A stretch of DNA of 64,000 nucleotides from NCBI RefSeq assembly GCF_036321535.1, contig NC_087436.1:6882001-6946000 (forward strand), in the 5' to 3' direction. The DNA is from Camelus dromedarius. Taxonomy: Eukaryota. Shown here piece by piece: positions 26,614 to 39,929 of the stretch; position 1 is the first letter of the stretch, and every line of letters starts with the position of its first letter. Made by a program: the position numbers and the translations under genes. The notes below the pieces were generated by a model. It saw only the letters and a list, made by a program, of their open reading frames with translations, did not search any database and was not told the origin of the DNA.

Positions 26614-27226
26614 TGGACTCTCGTTTCTGAGAACTTCCAGCTGATTTCAGGGCTCAAGGATCTCACAGGTCTGTTATAATTGTAAGTCTGATCATTTTCC
26701 CAAGGAGGTAGCTTTACCCAAAGGGAAATGAGGTGGAAGAGAGACACCCCATCCTAGTCTCTCTGTTACTTAAACACAGCAAAAGCAAAGCTCTCTTGTC
26801 CCATTTCAATTATTTTGTTCTTTCTGGGTATATCCAAAGAGGACCTGGACTTTTAGTCATCCTAATATAGTATCTCCTGGTGCTCTTCACAAATACACTC
26901 GGAAAGGAGAAAAGAAATTCTGTTCCTCAATAGCATTATTGACTCTTCATAGAAAGTCCTAAAGACACTGAGTATAATGTGTATTATTTATTATTGTTCA
27001 CCTGTTAAAGTTCACCCAACAGGGTTTTTCTGTGTTGTACAGTTTTGCTCCTAGGAAGGACATATTTTTGTATAGATTGTTGTCATATGTTTTCCAGCCT
27101 GACTTTTTTTTTTTTTTTTTTTGTAACTGTGGCCTTTTTCTAGGTTTTCTGTGAGTCTGTGGCCTTTTTTTAGGTTTTTAAGAAATCTAGAGTTAGATGA
27201 GTTTTAAGAAAACCCTCTTCCTACAT

Positions 27227-28098
27227 ACAAATGATCAATAGGCACATGAAAAAATGCTCAGTATCACTAATTATCAGAGAAATGCAAATCAAAACTACAA
27301 TGAGTTATCACTTCACACCTGTCAGAATGGCCATCATTCAAAAATCCACAAATGGCAAATACTGGAGAGGCTGTGGAGAAAGGGAACCCTCCTACACTGC
27401 TGGTGGGAATGCAGTTTGGTGCAGCCCCTGTGGAAAACAGTATGGAGATTCCTCAAAAGACTGGGAATAGACTTACCATATGACCCAGGAATCCTGCTCC
27501 TGGGCATATATCCAGAAGGAACCCTACTTCAAAATGACACCTGCACCCCAATGTTCATAGCAGCACTATTTACAATAGTGAAGACATGGAGACAGCCTAA
27601 ATGTCCATCAACAGATGACTGGATAAAGAAGTTGTGGTATATTTATACAATGGAATACTACTCAGCCATAAAAACTGACAACATAACACCATTTGCAGCA
27701 ACATGGATGCTCCTGGAGAATGTCATTCTAAGTGAAGTAAGCCAGAAAGAGAAAGAAAAATACCATATGAGATCACTCATGTGTGGAGTCTAAAAAACAA
27801 ACAAACAAACAGCATAAATACAAAACAGAAATAGACTCATAGACATAGAATACAAACTTGTGGTTGCCAAGGGGGCAGAGGGTGGGAAGGGATAGACTGG
27901 GATTTCAAAATTGTAGAATAGATAAACAAGATTATCCTGTATAGCACAGGGAAATATACACAAGATCTTATGGTAGCTCACAGAGAAAAAAAAAGTGACA
28001 ATGAATATAAGTGTGTTCATGTATAACTGAAAAATTGTGCTCTACACTGGAATTTGACACATTGTAAAATGATTATAAATCAATAAAAAATGTTAAAA
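27227..28098 (+). mobile_element. Relatively young 5'-truncated L1 (ORF2 C-terminus plus 3' UTR)
   Basis: ORF2 peptides [20 protein letters not shown] and [20 protein letters not shown]...YTMEYYSAIK, with one frameshift near 27378. AATAAA at 28082. TSD aaaaccctcttcctacat (27209-27226) / aaaatcctcttcttacat (28099-28116) next to a ttttaa endonuclease-type site. Confidence 0.96.
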
Positions 28099-29129
28099 AA
28101 AATCCTCTTCTTACATTAGGCTTCTGCTATTGAAACAAAATGAAACTATGAGTTGTTTAAGCCCATCCACTGTACCAGACCCCAGTCCCTGGCACACGCC
28201 GGGTGCTCTGCGTAATTAATCAACTTTGTGTACTCAGAAATACCCTAATTTCCATTATGTTTACAATCAAGAATTATTTGCCTGCTACTTTATCTTTTAA
28301 AGAAATGGTGGTAGGCATATTATCTAAACCTTTAAATTGGATTCAGAGATAAAACCGTTTACTTTTTATTAAGTTAGTTATCTTTCTTTATCTTGCATCC
28401 AAACAGAAACTCACGTGGGTTGGTAGTCTTTCCTCCTGCAGGGTGCTGTGGAGTAGCTGTTACTTCTTGGCAATCGCAGACAGAATTTAAACAGTTGACA
28501 GAGTATAACTTGTACATCTGTGGTAATGAATTGTATCAGTGTGAGTAAAGAAAAGAGACTATTCCATGGGACTTGTGGAGTTAGAAGTAAAATTACTCAG
28601 GTGAGAGGATTTGCTTTCATCAGAGTTCAGGTGGGAGACACTGACTACTCCAGAATTGCAACAGTGTCTTTGCCAGCGTTGAGTGAAACTTTGTAGAGGA
28701 TGCTGATAAAAACCTTATTACAATGTATATAGTATCAGAACTCCTCACTCCCCAATAGAAATGTTCCTGGTGTTCATGGTCCTTCAGTACGTTATCCTTA
28801 GAGGGTAATCAGTGTTCATTCTTTCAGACGTTACCTCTAAAGTTATCCATGGAAACAGTCAGTTAATGTCCTCTGGAAAGGATCGAGAACTATTTAATTT
28901 AAACTTTAGGCATTGTACAGTATTTTGAACACTTCTGTTTGTGATTTTTTTTTTTTTTAAGGAAGGGAGTAGATATTAAACATACTGAATCAATTTTTAG
29001 GAAAACAATATTCAAATTGGTCAAAAGAAAAGACAGAACAGCATGAGGGAAAGAGAAAAGAAAATAGCATCTCCTAGAAATCTTTGCAAGTCTGGCAGAA
29101 AGCAAGCCATACTTGTCAAGCTGGGTGCC

Positions 29130-29184
29130 ATTTTTTTTGTTTGTTTGTTTGTTTGTTTGTTTTTTGTTTTTTTGTTTTTGTTTT
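29130..29184 (+). repeat. (GTTT)n / T-rich tract
   Basis: Seen directly. Confidence 0.85.
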
Positions 29185-30422
29185 AGGAGACATAAGAAAA
29201 ATCCCACCCTTCGCTTAAGATCTGGCCTTCTGTATATCTTGCAGTTTTCTTTATATATGAAATAAGTGAAATGACTTACTGTAAAATGTCATTTACTTGT
29301 TCTTGTCCAAGGCTTTAAAAAAAGTGGCTAATCTCTATCATCTCTTTGAGAAGATTCTAAGAATTTCTCCACATTTTCTTCTGAATTTACTAGATAAACA
29401 CTCCCCCCTCTGACTGTGAAAAGGAACACCTTCAAAATGACCCCATCTGCGCTGCCTCTGGACTAGGTCCTGATTTACGTTTCCCTTCATTTTTCCTTTT
29501 CTCCGTTGATTATAAGATGGAGAGCACAAGAAGAGCAGTGCTGTGTGGACCTGTTTACTTTGGGTGGTATTTCAGAGGGGAACCCAAGGCCTCATTTCTC
29601 ATTGTCAAGTAGGGGCCCGCTCATGTGGATGGTAATTTTCAAGAATGAGCCTTGTAACCACAGAGAACAATCGTCTTGCATGATCTTCTGGGCAAACTGC
29701 TGCTCTGTTGGAACTGATTTTGTAAGAAACTAACCGCGGAGTTTGGGAAAGGGGACATTCCTTTGTTGTCCTTGGTAGCTCTTCTTTTCCTTCTAAGTTT
29801 CGTCCTCCTCAGGCTTCTCTCAGTGTCCCACTGGCCAGGTCCAACGCCTCCCCTTTTTACCCTTTCTGGTGACTCCATTCAGTGCTGGTCTCCCTCCCTC
29901 CCTCACACCTACCCCCGTCACTTTTAAGGGACTGGCTTAAATGTTTCCTTCTCCACGAAGCTTTCTTCTGGTCACTCGAGCCCAAGGTTGAATTGTTCTT
30001 TATGGGCTTTTTACTGGTTTTAAACTTGCGCATCTCTGCAAGGCATTTATCCTCTGGTAATTGTTTCATAATTATTAGGTATACACATCTTATCTCCTGT
30101 TTTATTTATTTATTTATATTACTTTTAAAAATTGAAGTACTGTCAGTCACAGTGTGTCAGTTTCTGGTGCACAGCATAATGTCTCAGTCATGCATTTATA
30201 TGCATATTATTTTATTTTTTTATTGAGGTAAAATTGGACATGACATTGTGGACATTTCAGGTGTACAACATCATTGATACTTGTGTGCCCTGCATAGTGA
30301 CCACCACTCTGTGTCTTGTTTTAGTTCATCACTGCACAGTTGACCCCCTTCACCCATTTTGCTCTCTGCTCCCCAATTCCCTTCCACCCTGAGACCACCA
30401 GTCTGTTCCCTGTATCTCTCAG

Positions 30423-30572
30423 TTTTTTTTTAATTTGTTTATTTATTTATATGGGAGGGAGGTAATTAAGTTTATTTATTCATTTATTTTTTGTAATGGA
30501 GATACTGGGGCCTGAACCTAGGACCTCCTGCATACTAAGCATGCACTCTACCACTGAGCTGCACCCTTCTGC
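30423..30572 (-). mobile_element. vic-1-like SINE nested in the L1 3' UTR
   Basis: ggagatactggggcctgaacctaggacctc...ctctaccactgagctg. Confidence 0.88.
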
Positions 30573-30751
30573 CAGTTTGTTTTTGTTTTGTTTGGCTTGT
30601 GCATTTGTTTTTTTAGATTCTATGTGTAAGTGAAATCATACAATATTTGTCTTTCCTCCATCTGACTTATTTCAGTTAGCATAATTCCCTCAAGGTCCAT
30701 CCATATTGTTGCAAATAGCAAGATTTCATTCTTCTTTACTTAGTAATATTC

Positions 30752-30752
<1 letters not shown>

Positions 30753-30794
<42 letters not shown>
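30753..30794 (+). repeat. (TG)n microsatellite (about 21 units) inside the L1
   Basis: Seen directly. Confidence 0.95.
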
Positions 30795-30796
<2 letters not shown>

Positions 30797-33700
30797 ACAT
30801 CTTCTTTATCCATTCATCCACTGATGGACAATTCCGTTGTTTTTCACATCTTGGCTATTATAAATAATGCTGCAGTGAACATAGGGGAGCAGATATCTTT
30901 TCAGATTAGTGTTTTCATATTCTTTGCATAAATAACTCAGAATTGGAATAGCTATGTCATGTGGTAGTTCTATTCTTAATTTTTCCAGGAACCTCCATAC
31001 TTTCTTCCACAGCAGCTACACCAACTTACGTTCCCACCAACAGGACATGAGGGTTCTCTTCTCTCCACGTCCTTGCCAATACTTGTTATTTGTTGTCTTC
31101 TTGATAATAGTCATCCTAAGAGCTGTGTGGTTTTGATTTGCATTTCCCTGGTGATTAGTGATGTTGAGCATCTTTTCATGTGCCTGTTGGCCATCTGGAT
31201 GTCTTCTTGGGAAAGTGTCTGTTCAGTCCTCTACCCATTTGTTTCTTTGATGTTGAGTTGTGTGAATTCTTTTTGTATTTTGGGTATTAACTCCTTATCA
31301 GATATACAATTTGTAGATACCTTCTCCCATTCAGTAGGGTGCCTTTTCATTTTGTTGATGGCTTCCTTCACGGCAGAAGTTTTTTAGTTTGATGTATTCC
31401 CACTTGTTTATTTTTGTTTTTGTTTCCCATGCCTTTGGAGTCAGATCTGAAAATATTGCCAAGACCAGTGCCAGGGAAGTTACTGCCTATGTTTTCTTCT
31501 AGGAATTTATGGTTTTCAGTTCTTACATTCAAGTCTTTAGTCTGTGTTTAGTTAATTTTTGTGTATAGTGAAAGATAATAGTCTTGTTTCAGTCTTTTGC
31601 ATGTGGTTGTCCAGTTTTCCCTGCACCATTTGTTGAAGGCTGTCTTTTCTTCATTGTATGTTTTTGGCTCCTTTGTTGTAAATTAATTGCCCTGTATGTG
31701 TGGGTTTATTTCTGGTCTTTTATGCTGTTGCATTGATCTGTGTGTCTGTATTTATACCAATGCCATATTGTTTTGATGACTGTAGCTTTGAAATATGCTC
31801 TGAAACCAGGGAATGTGATGCCTCCAGCTTTTCTGTTCTTTCTCAAGGTTGTTTTGGCTAGTCAGGGTCTTTTTGTGTTCCCATACAAATTTTAAAATTA
31901 TTTGTTGTAGTTCTGTGGAAAATGTCATTGGAATTTTGATAGGGATTACATTGAATTTGTGGATTGCTTTGCTTAGTGTGGTCATTTTCACAGTATTCTT
32001 CCAATCCATGAGCGTGGACTATCTCTCAACTTTATTTGTGTCTTCTTCAATTTCTTTCATCAGCGTCTTAGAGTTTTTAATGTGCTTTATTTCCTGTTTT
32101 AAACTCCAAAATTCCTTGAAGGTGAAACTATCTTATTGGCATTTGTGTTTCTGTGGTGTTTTGTAATTCTGTATCATTCCATAAATATTTAAACGTATAA
32201 AGTGTGGCAGACAGTCTCATGGTTATTCAATACGTAATACTGTTGGGACCTGATCCAATTTGTTACGGTTTTAAAATTTAACTCTTCAGAAATTATTTTT
32301 TTTACTATTTGAGCATAATGTGACTTTGGCTCGTGATTATTTTAAGACTGAGCCACAATTGATTCCTAGAATTGTGTGGTTAAGCCATAGTGATCCAAAT
32401 ATTACTCAGTCACCATGACTTTGGTAAGCCACAGAAGCAAGTCAGAAGTAAAAACCTGAATTCCACGCGTGACACTGTGAACTCCTAAGCCCTAGACTTC
32501 AGTTGTTGCCTTGGATTTTATTTGGGTATGTATGCATTTGCTTCTACAGGATTCTGAACTTTTTGTTTTACACATCTATCTTGTAACCTTCCTTAAGTTA
32601 GATTAACAATATGTTAAATTGTATATCTGATCTCTTGGAAGATCCAAGAGAAAAAAATTGAGACTGGTAATGCTGTAAGTCCCTTGGCATTGAAGTTGCT
32701 CTACTGCTGTCACTCATTTTGGGGTCTGTAATTCTAATGAGGAAGAGTCACTGGAAGGGCGACACTGCTGCTACACTCCTTACTCTTTGAGCGACCTTGG
32801 CAGCTTTCACTGTGCTTCATTTTTCTGGTTTGTGAAACAGAGCACACTGTTGTACCTTTCCTGTTTTCCAGGGTGTTTGTTATGGCTTAAATGAGCATAA
32901 TATATGAGAAAGTACTTCGCAAATGGGGAAGTCTACGCTAGTGTGACATGACGATCACTGACACAGCAAACGTATTAGTGCCGGTAGGAATTGTGAGTCA
33001 TGTTTAGAGATGATGGACTAAGATCCTTCTAGTATTTGGCTAATAGCACTTACAGAAATATGCCTGTTTCCAGGGTAAGGCAGTAAAACCGTGTTTCCAA
33101 ATTGCTCCTTTATTGGGTTGTCCAGCTTAATCCTTATCTGGACCATTTGAGAAGCACAGGCTTCACGTTGAGTTTTTAAAGAGCTTTTCCTTGCGAAAGC
33201 ATTTTCGGACTTCAAAGCACCATCGTGTAAGAACTCATCTGCACTGGTGTTATCTCGAGTAGCTTTGATTATTTTATTTTGAGTAAAAAAGCTGAGCCTC
33301 CAATTTTTCACTTTTAAAAGTACTCAAAAGTGGCAAAGTCTTTCCATATGTGTAACATGTATATATATTCTATTCTGAGTGTTCTTCAGAATACATGCTT
33401 TTAGAATAAAAGCTTTGTAATTGTGAGCTATGAACGGATATGATTTTCTTTTCCTTTCCGTTTATTGAAATCTGTCATCATTCTGTCTATAAGTTTCGGT
33501 GCTCTGTGAACCTTGACATATAGCCAGAGACGTACATAAGAGTATTAATCAATGTAAGAGTGTGGAATAAAAACCTCATGACTGTTTTTGAAGAATTTGA
33601 AGAGGAATTTGAATTACTTTTATAATGTAAACGTTCACTATTGAAAGGTGCAACAGTAAATGAACGAATCTTTATGTTACACTTCTGGTTATCCTTAGTA

Positions 33701-33911
33701 AGAGGTCCATATTAGTGATTTTAGGAGCTGTCAGTGTAATAATAAATAGTACTTCGCGTTGGGTTGTTTGCTCTTCATTTTACATCTAGGAAGAACGTAA
33801 CCAAGAAAAAACAACTGAGGGCTGAGGGAAGGTATCAAAAAACAATTGACATTGTTGAAAGGCAACTAGGCTTTCTTCCTCAAAATAGTTTTTGTTTTGG
33901 GTATTTTAAGT

Positions 33912-34010
33912 TTTTTTTTTTTTTTTTTTAATGGAAGTACTGGAAATTGAACCCAGGACCTCGTGCATGCTAAACATGTGCTCTACCACTGAGCTCTACG
34001 CTCCCTCCCC
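33912..34010 (-). mobile_element. vic-1-like SINE
   Basis: T tail followed by aatggaagtactggaaattgaacccaggacctcg...ctctaccactgagct. Confidence 0.88.
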
Positions 34011-36139
34011 ACCTTTAGTTAGTTTTTACATCAAGCCCATTAAGCAGGAGGCGCTGTCTTCAGTTTACCTGTGAAGAAGGGACTGAGGTATGGAGAGGTT
34101 ACGTAATTTGCTTAAGGACACAAAGCTGTCTAATTTTAAAGTCCACGTCTTTTCCCTGTATCATACTCCCTCTACAAGAAGATTGGGCGTCAACGTGGGT
34201 ATTGCTGTCAGTAAGGACTTTTACAAAGTGAAGTTCTGATTTTGTAGGATCTTTTTCTTTATTCAAGATGCTTCACTAGGTTACTTGCACTTTAGAGATG
34301 AACTTCAGGTCTAAGATCTAATTTTATTAACATTTTAATTTTTAAAATAATTGGAGTAGAGTGGGGCTGAATGGTCTACTTTTAACTTAGATTCAGGTAC
34401 TTAGCGAGTAGATATCCCTCAGTAAATGTTAGGTATTGTTATATTAACTCTGCCTTTTAAGTAGCTTGTCTTCATCACCGGGTGTATCAGAAATTAATAG
34501 AGTTTCACATAATGGTTTTAATAGCATCTAATATTTGTTGATAATTTTGTCACTGGACACTATGTTATGGTGTAGAGATATTATCATTCCCTCCTTCCCA
34601 GGACTTTATCCAGTTTATATAATGTGACTAAATAGTGTGATAAATGTATTATCTTGATACCTTCTTCTGTTTAGTTACTGTTGGCTTTTGGTTCTGTTTT
34701 TTTTTTTTTTTTTTTTTTGAATAATCAGCTACATTACTAAAGATTTTTGTCAGTTGAAGAGGAATGTAAAGTGATAGATCCTGTTCGAGTTCTTTGGTCT
34801 TTGGAATGGGCGAGCTTGATGCCTCCCAAGTTGTCCTGTACTTGGTGGGGGAAAGGAACCGGTTTTTCTCAGCAGCAGCATGACCAGGCATTGCCGGTCT
34901 GTCAGAAACGCCGCCGTGGCATATCTCTTACTCCCGCTGCTTGTGACGTTTCAACCTGGAATGGCTTCGGCACGTGGCCTTTCTGTCTAGGGGCACAGCT
35001 GGGAGTTTTCAGGGCTGACATAAACAAGCAGGGCACGGGGCTTGGGAGCTTGCTGCCAGGGACCAGATCTGCAGGTTGGCGGGTGAAGCATCCTTGGCAC
35101 TTCTCCTTTTCTCACTGTTGCCATGAGGACGTCCTGGCTTGTAGGTGACCTTTGTCGTCTGGCTGCCCTATCCAGAAAGGGGCTAATCACACTAGAATTG
35201 GACCAGAATCGAGAAACGTTCACAGGTTACTCAGATGTGCTAAGAATTAATGCATACGCCTGTGTCTTGGACACAGACACTGTTCAGGTTATCTGCCATT
35301 TTCTAGCGCCGGCACCAGTTTATGGTTGTGCTTCATGGCCTCGATCACAGAATGAAAGTCAGATTCCTAGGCTTTGGGATGCGAGATCTTAAAGAGTCTT
35401 AAGTGCTTCTCAGATGACTAAATCCAGATGTCCTGCTTGTGCTGGGAGCGTATCGGGGTTCGAACCATGTCTCTGAGTTGTATGGTTGCAGAAGACATGT
35501 GTCACTTTGTGGCAATGAGGCCTGCTTGTTCCCTTTTGTCCTTATAACACATAGAAGATGTCCTTACTTTAGGGCTGGAAGAGACCTCCGTCCAGGACGC
35601 AAAGGGAGGATGTTTACAAAGGACACAAGTGCTTGGCTTTTTTTTTTTTTAAACATCTGAATTTTCTCATTTTTAGCTCCTTAAAAAAAATCATTCCTTC
35701 CAAAGCATCTTTTGTTTGCTATCTCTTAGCCTCCTCATTGTCTTCTATTTTTGAGGGGTACTGGGCTGGGGAAGGTTGAGGGCACAGTCTCCTAGTGGAC
35801 GCTCCTTTTCTGCTCCTGATTGAAAGTTAACTTGCATTGTATAAGTGCACAGGGTAACGTGCTCTTGCATGTTGTCAGTGTTCCAGAAATAGTCATCATC
35901 TGGACCTAAATTAATGCATCTAAAAGTTAGTGTTTTAAATATTCTTTACTTAAGGTTTTCTTTTTTTCCTCATAGTTCACACATCAAAAACTATAGAAAG
36001 GAATACAGTGGAGGATCTTCTTCCTCTGTTCCACAGCTCCCTAATTCTCAGTTCCTAGTGATGGTGAGGGGTTTTAGTTGCTTATTTATTCTTCCAAAGA
36101 TTTTTGTTTGTTTGTTTGTTTTTGTCTTTTTAAGATCCA

Positions 36140-36339
36140 TATACAGACTTTGTGGCCTAAACAACAGGAATTTATTTTCTCATAGTTCTAGAGGCTAAAT
36201 GTCTGAGATCAAGGCTCTGGCTGATTTGGTGTCTGGTGAGGACTCTCTTCCGGGCTTGCTGTGTCCTCACGTGGACTTTGTGTCATGCAGGAGAGGGAAG
36301 GGGGGTGAGGAGAGAAGGAGAGAAGGAGAGAAGGAGAGA

Positions 36340-36407
<68 letters not shown>

Positions 36408-36615
36408 ATGAAAAAACAAAGAACAGAAGCTCTGCTGCCTCTCCCTCATTGATAAGGACACCTGTCCTGCTGGACCATGGCTGCACCCTCGTCCCCTCAC
36501 CTAACCCTAATTACCTCCTGAAGACCCCATCTTCTGATACCACCACAGTCGGGGTTAGAGCTTCATTATTCATTATGGGGCAAGTTTTGGGGGAGCACAG
36601 TTCACTTCATAACAC
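36140..36615 (-). mobile_element. MaLR solo LTR (MLT1A-like) with an internal (GA)n expansion at about 36342-36405
   Basis: aaacaacaggaatttattttctcatagttctagaggct...ggtgaggactctcttcc...ctaattacctcctgaagacccc, ending ataaca. Confidence 0.85.
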
Positions 36616-36760
36616 TTATCATGGTTCCATCCTTGAATACTGGGGTTACTTCACATTTCCCTTTTGAGTGGAGGTAAAAACAACAACAACAAAAAAAACC
36701 CCACTCCTTTTTAAGGTATTTATACCTGAGGCATCATTCTAGGAAATGAGAATGAGTTTA

Positions 36761-36892
36761 TAAAAAACAAATGCAAAAATAATGCAAGATCTAAGTTTAC
36801 TGGAAAGGGTAAATTTCTGAGATGCTTAAAAAACAAATGCAAAAATAATGCAAGATCTAAGTTTACTGGAAAGGGTAAATTTCTGAGATGCT
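36761..36892 (+). repeat. Perfect 2 x 66 bp tandem duplication
   Basis: 36761-36826 is identical to 36827-36892 base by base. Confidence 0.97.
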
Positions 36893-39800
36893 TACCTTCC
36901 AGAATATTTAAATACATGCAGCTCATTACCTGTGAGCACAAAGAGTAACAGTAATACTGTAAAAATGCTTTTTTTCCCCTGATGGAACTGATTTGGTGAA
37001 TTAAGAATTTGTTCATCTGTAATTTGCATTCAGCTAATGTGCTCGGGTTCTTAAATTCTTTTCTTAAGTAGGGTAAATGTGCCCACATACAGATTTAATT
37101 GCATTATTAATTTGCTTAGCATTTTCATGGTATAATCAACTTTAGCACAGACTGAATTACTAATTAGCAGAACCTTAATGAATATGGTCTAATCTTGCCA
37201 CATAATGTGGCCGGATACATCGGGCACAAGCTTTGTCTAGGGAGGTGCTGAAATGAGGTGTCTCCATGGGCATTTTACCCTGGTACCTGTTTCATCCCAC
37301 CCTGGCACTGCTGTAAGGACCTGTGTCCTGGGGCAGATGGAGATTTACACACACGTACAAAATGGGTCTGTACACACAAAACACCTAAAAGCACTGAAAT
37401 GGAGTAGTCCCTACTTTCTGATAAAAAGCAGGGGAGCGTGAAGTTTGTATTTTCATGTCTCCACATTATTCAGCTTAAATGCCAAAGACTGTGATACAAA
37501 TGGCTTGGATATGGTTTTTACTGCTATGTTGAGTAAAATTTCATCTTTTCCACTTTAGAACTACAGGCAAGTTTAGGGAAGAGGTAAGAGTGAGTCCATA
37601 TTTTTGGATGTAGGCCAGACTCTGTTGCCCCAGTTCCACTCTGCTCACATCTCGTTGAGTTGAGTACAGACTCTAGCAGGCCAGTAGAGTGATGTGACTC
37701 ACTCCCCTTGTGGTGAGTTGGTTAACGTAGTATTTGGGAAGTAGAAACATTCACATGAAGAAATAGAGTTTCTGTTTTGGGGAAAAATTTTCCTCCCAAT
37801 TTAATTTCTTTGGATGATGAAGAGAATTTGTAATTTATATTTCGAGTTTGGTTGATTGAAAGGATTAGCCATATCTTCTTGTATTTGTTACTGTTTTCTG
37901 AGACCGTGTGAACCAAAAACAGCGGGACCGGTCATCTTGTCCTAGGTGAGTTGGTCCATTGACACTGAAAGGGTACCCAACACAACCCCCACCTGCAGGG
38001 CATTTCCAGACTGTGATGCACTGAGTTAGGTGCGGCGGAAGAGGGGCGTCAGTTTCCATGGGGCAGGGTCTCGAGCAATTTGGTGCATCTGGCTAAGTGA
38101 CATTTTCAGTAAGTGGGTGACTGTGTCATAAGTCACAACTGTAGAGTTACAGGAGGCTCACACTTGCACAGTCGAGCCTCCATCACATGCCATACACTTC
38201 TGAGCACACCCGTGTGTGTGGCACCGTGTTGCCTGGGGCACTGGGAGCGCAGATGCGTGTGACACAGTGCAGGGGGCCCACGGTCCGGCGAGGGCAGTGC
38301 CCAGAGGAGGGAGTTCACACGACAGTGCGGATGTGCAGGGACAGGGTGGCGTGGACAGGAGAGGAAGGGACTTGAATGTGCAGGTGTCACAGGACAGGCT
38401 CTAGAGTTGTTTCTCTTGAAAGGATTCCATTGAAAGTGGCCTCTTCTGTATACCTTCTTCAGTCTCATTTCAGTTAAAATTCTGTAATACTTAGGGCTTT
38501 GAGAAGAGCATCCTACCTGGTGCAAAGCACACATTAGAGAGAATGACAAAAGACCCCAAATACACAGAGCACGTGCAGCTTTTTCCTTGCAGGCTATTTA
38601 GGTAACTTAAAGTCCTGAATTAGAATTATGGGAGGGATATTAAACTCAAAATTATTCTCGTTGTCTTTTGTTAAGTGCGGTTTGTTCAAAGACTTCTTTC
38701 TCTTCTCAGTGTTAGCAAATGGACAGCGGACAAGGCAGGCAGAGCTTGTCAGGCATCGACAGCTTGGCATCCTGTTGATCACACAGAAAATGCCTAAGTG
38801 ACTGTCGCTCTAAAAATAGCTTCCTTCAGGTTTTGGGTTTTGTCGCCCCAGGGGTGGAGGAGTCCTTAAACAGGAAGAATCAAGTCCGGTAAACAGGAAT
38901 TGCGTGCTGAGAGGCAGATTTTTGTAAGGGAAATGGAGAGCCAGGCTCAGAATATCCGTGGGATATTCCACCTTCATGGGAGGACCTTTCTGAGGAAGCT
39001 GGGTTTGATGGCACATCAGGCAGCCTCTGCTTTCCTCACTCCTACGGATGCTAAACAAGCTTTCCTAGAACCGCGTGGGGCAGGGTGAAGGTTTGAGAGT
39101 TAATGAGGTTGTATTTTCACAGGTGAATCCACTGTGGTGTTTGCCTCAGTGTTGTCAACACTTCACACTGCAAGGAGAGATTTTTTTTTCCATTTTAGGT
39201 GGAGATGGTTTTAGCGTCATTCAGAATGGTTAGTGTACTGTCAGACAGTTAGAGCCACGTGTTTCTACCTTTACATATATGTGCATTCAAGAAAGTTGGG
39301 GAAATGCAGCTATAATATTAAAAAAGCACTTCCCCCTTTCCTGGAAGTCCCGCAGGTAAACAGCAAACAAACCTGAATTTGCCTTTCCCTTTTAAAACAC
39401 TTGTTTTTGAAAGCTATATATTGATTCCAGTGGTATTACTAATTCTTAAAGTATTTTGGGGATGTTTCTTTTGTCATCGCCAGATGTTTCCTTGTGTGGT
39501 GACAGCTTTAAGCGTTGACAGTATCAGAGAATTCAGGATTTGCTGTGGGCAGGTCATGAGGAGGCTTCTGATTTCGGGGGTTGATGGGAGGGAAGTCTCA
39601 GCGCAGATAAGGAGAAAACGAAATCAAGACCAGCAGGTGAAGACCAGCGTGTTATTTAGCGGCTGGGGGCTGGGAGGAGAAAAGTTAACATCAGTGAAGC
39701 CAATATAATGTCTGATGGAAGAGCTTATTCAGTGATGCTGAATCTGTTTTGCACCCCAGGCTTTTTTTTCCCTAGAAGCATGTATTTTTTTAATCAAAAA

Positions 39801-39929
39801 CTATGAACACTCTATAATCTAATCTAAAACAAAATAAGAAAAATTGTCTCCCTCCTACATACCACTGTCCCAAAGTCTCTAAAAAGAGTTTATGTACTTG
39901 GGAGAAAAGTTGTGTAATCCCACGGCATA

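Larger units (their letters stand above)
30105..32086 (-). mobile_element. About 2-kb antisense L1 (3' ORF2 plus 3' UTR) with nested insertions
   Basis: Antisense ORF2 peptide [39 protein letters not shown] ttatctcctgtttta (30090-30104) / ttatttcctgtttta (32087-32101). Confidence 0.93.

Noticed and set aside
27254..27793. 179-aa ORF as a host gene
   Set aside because: It is the frameshifted C-terminus of L1 ORF2 in a truncated insertion.
36199..36667. ORFs with ERERER or LSLSLS runs
   Set aside because: They are translations of the (GA)n microsatellite within a MaLR LTR.
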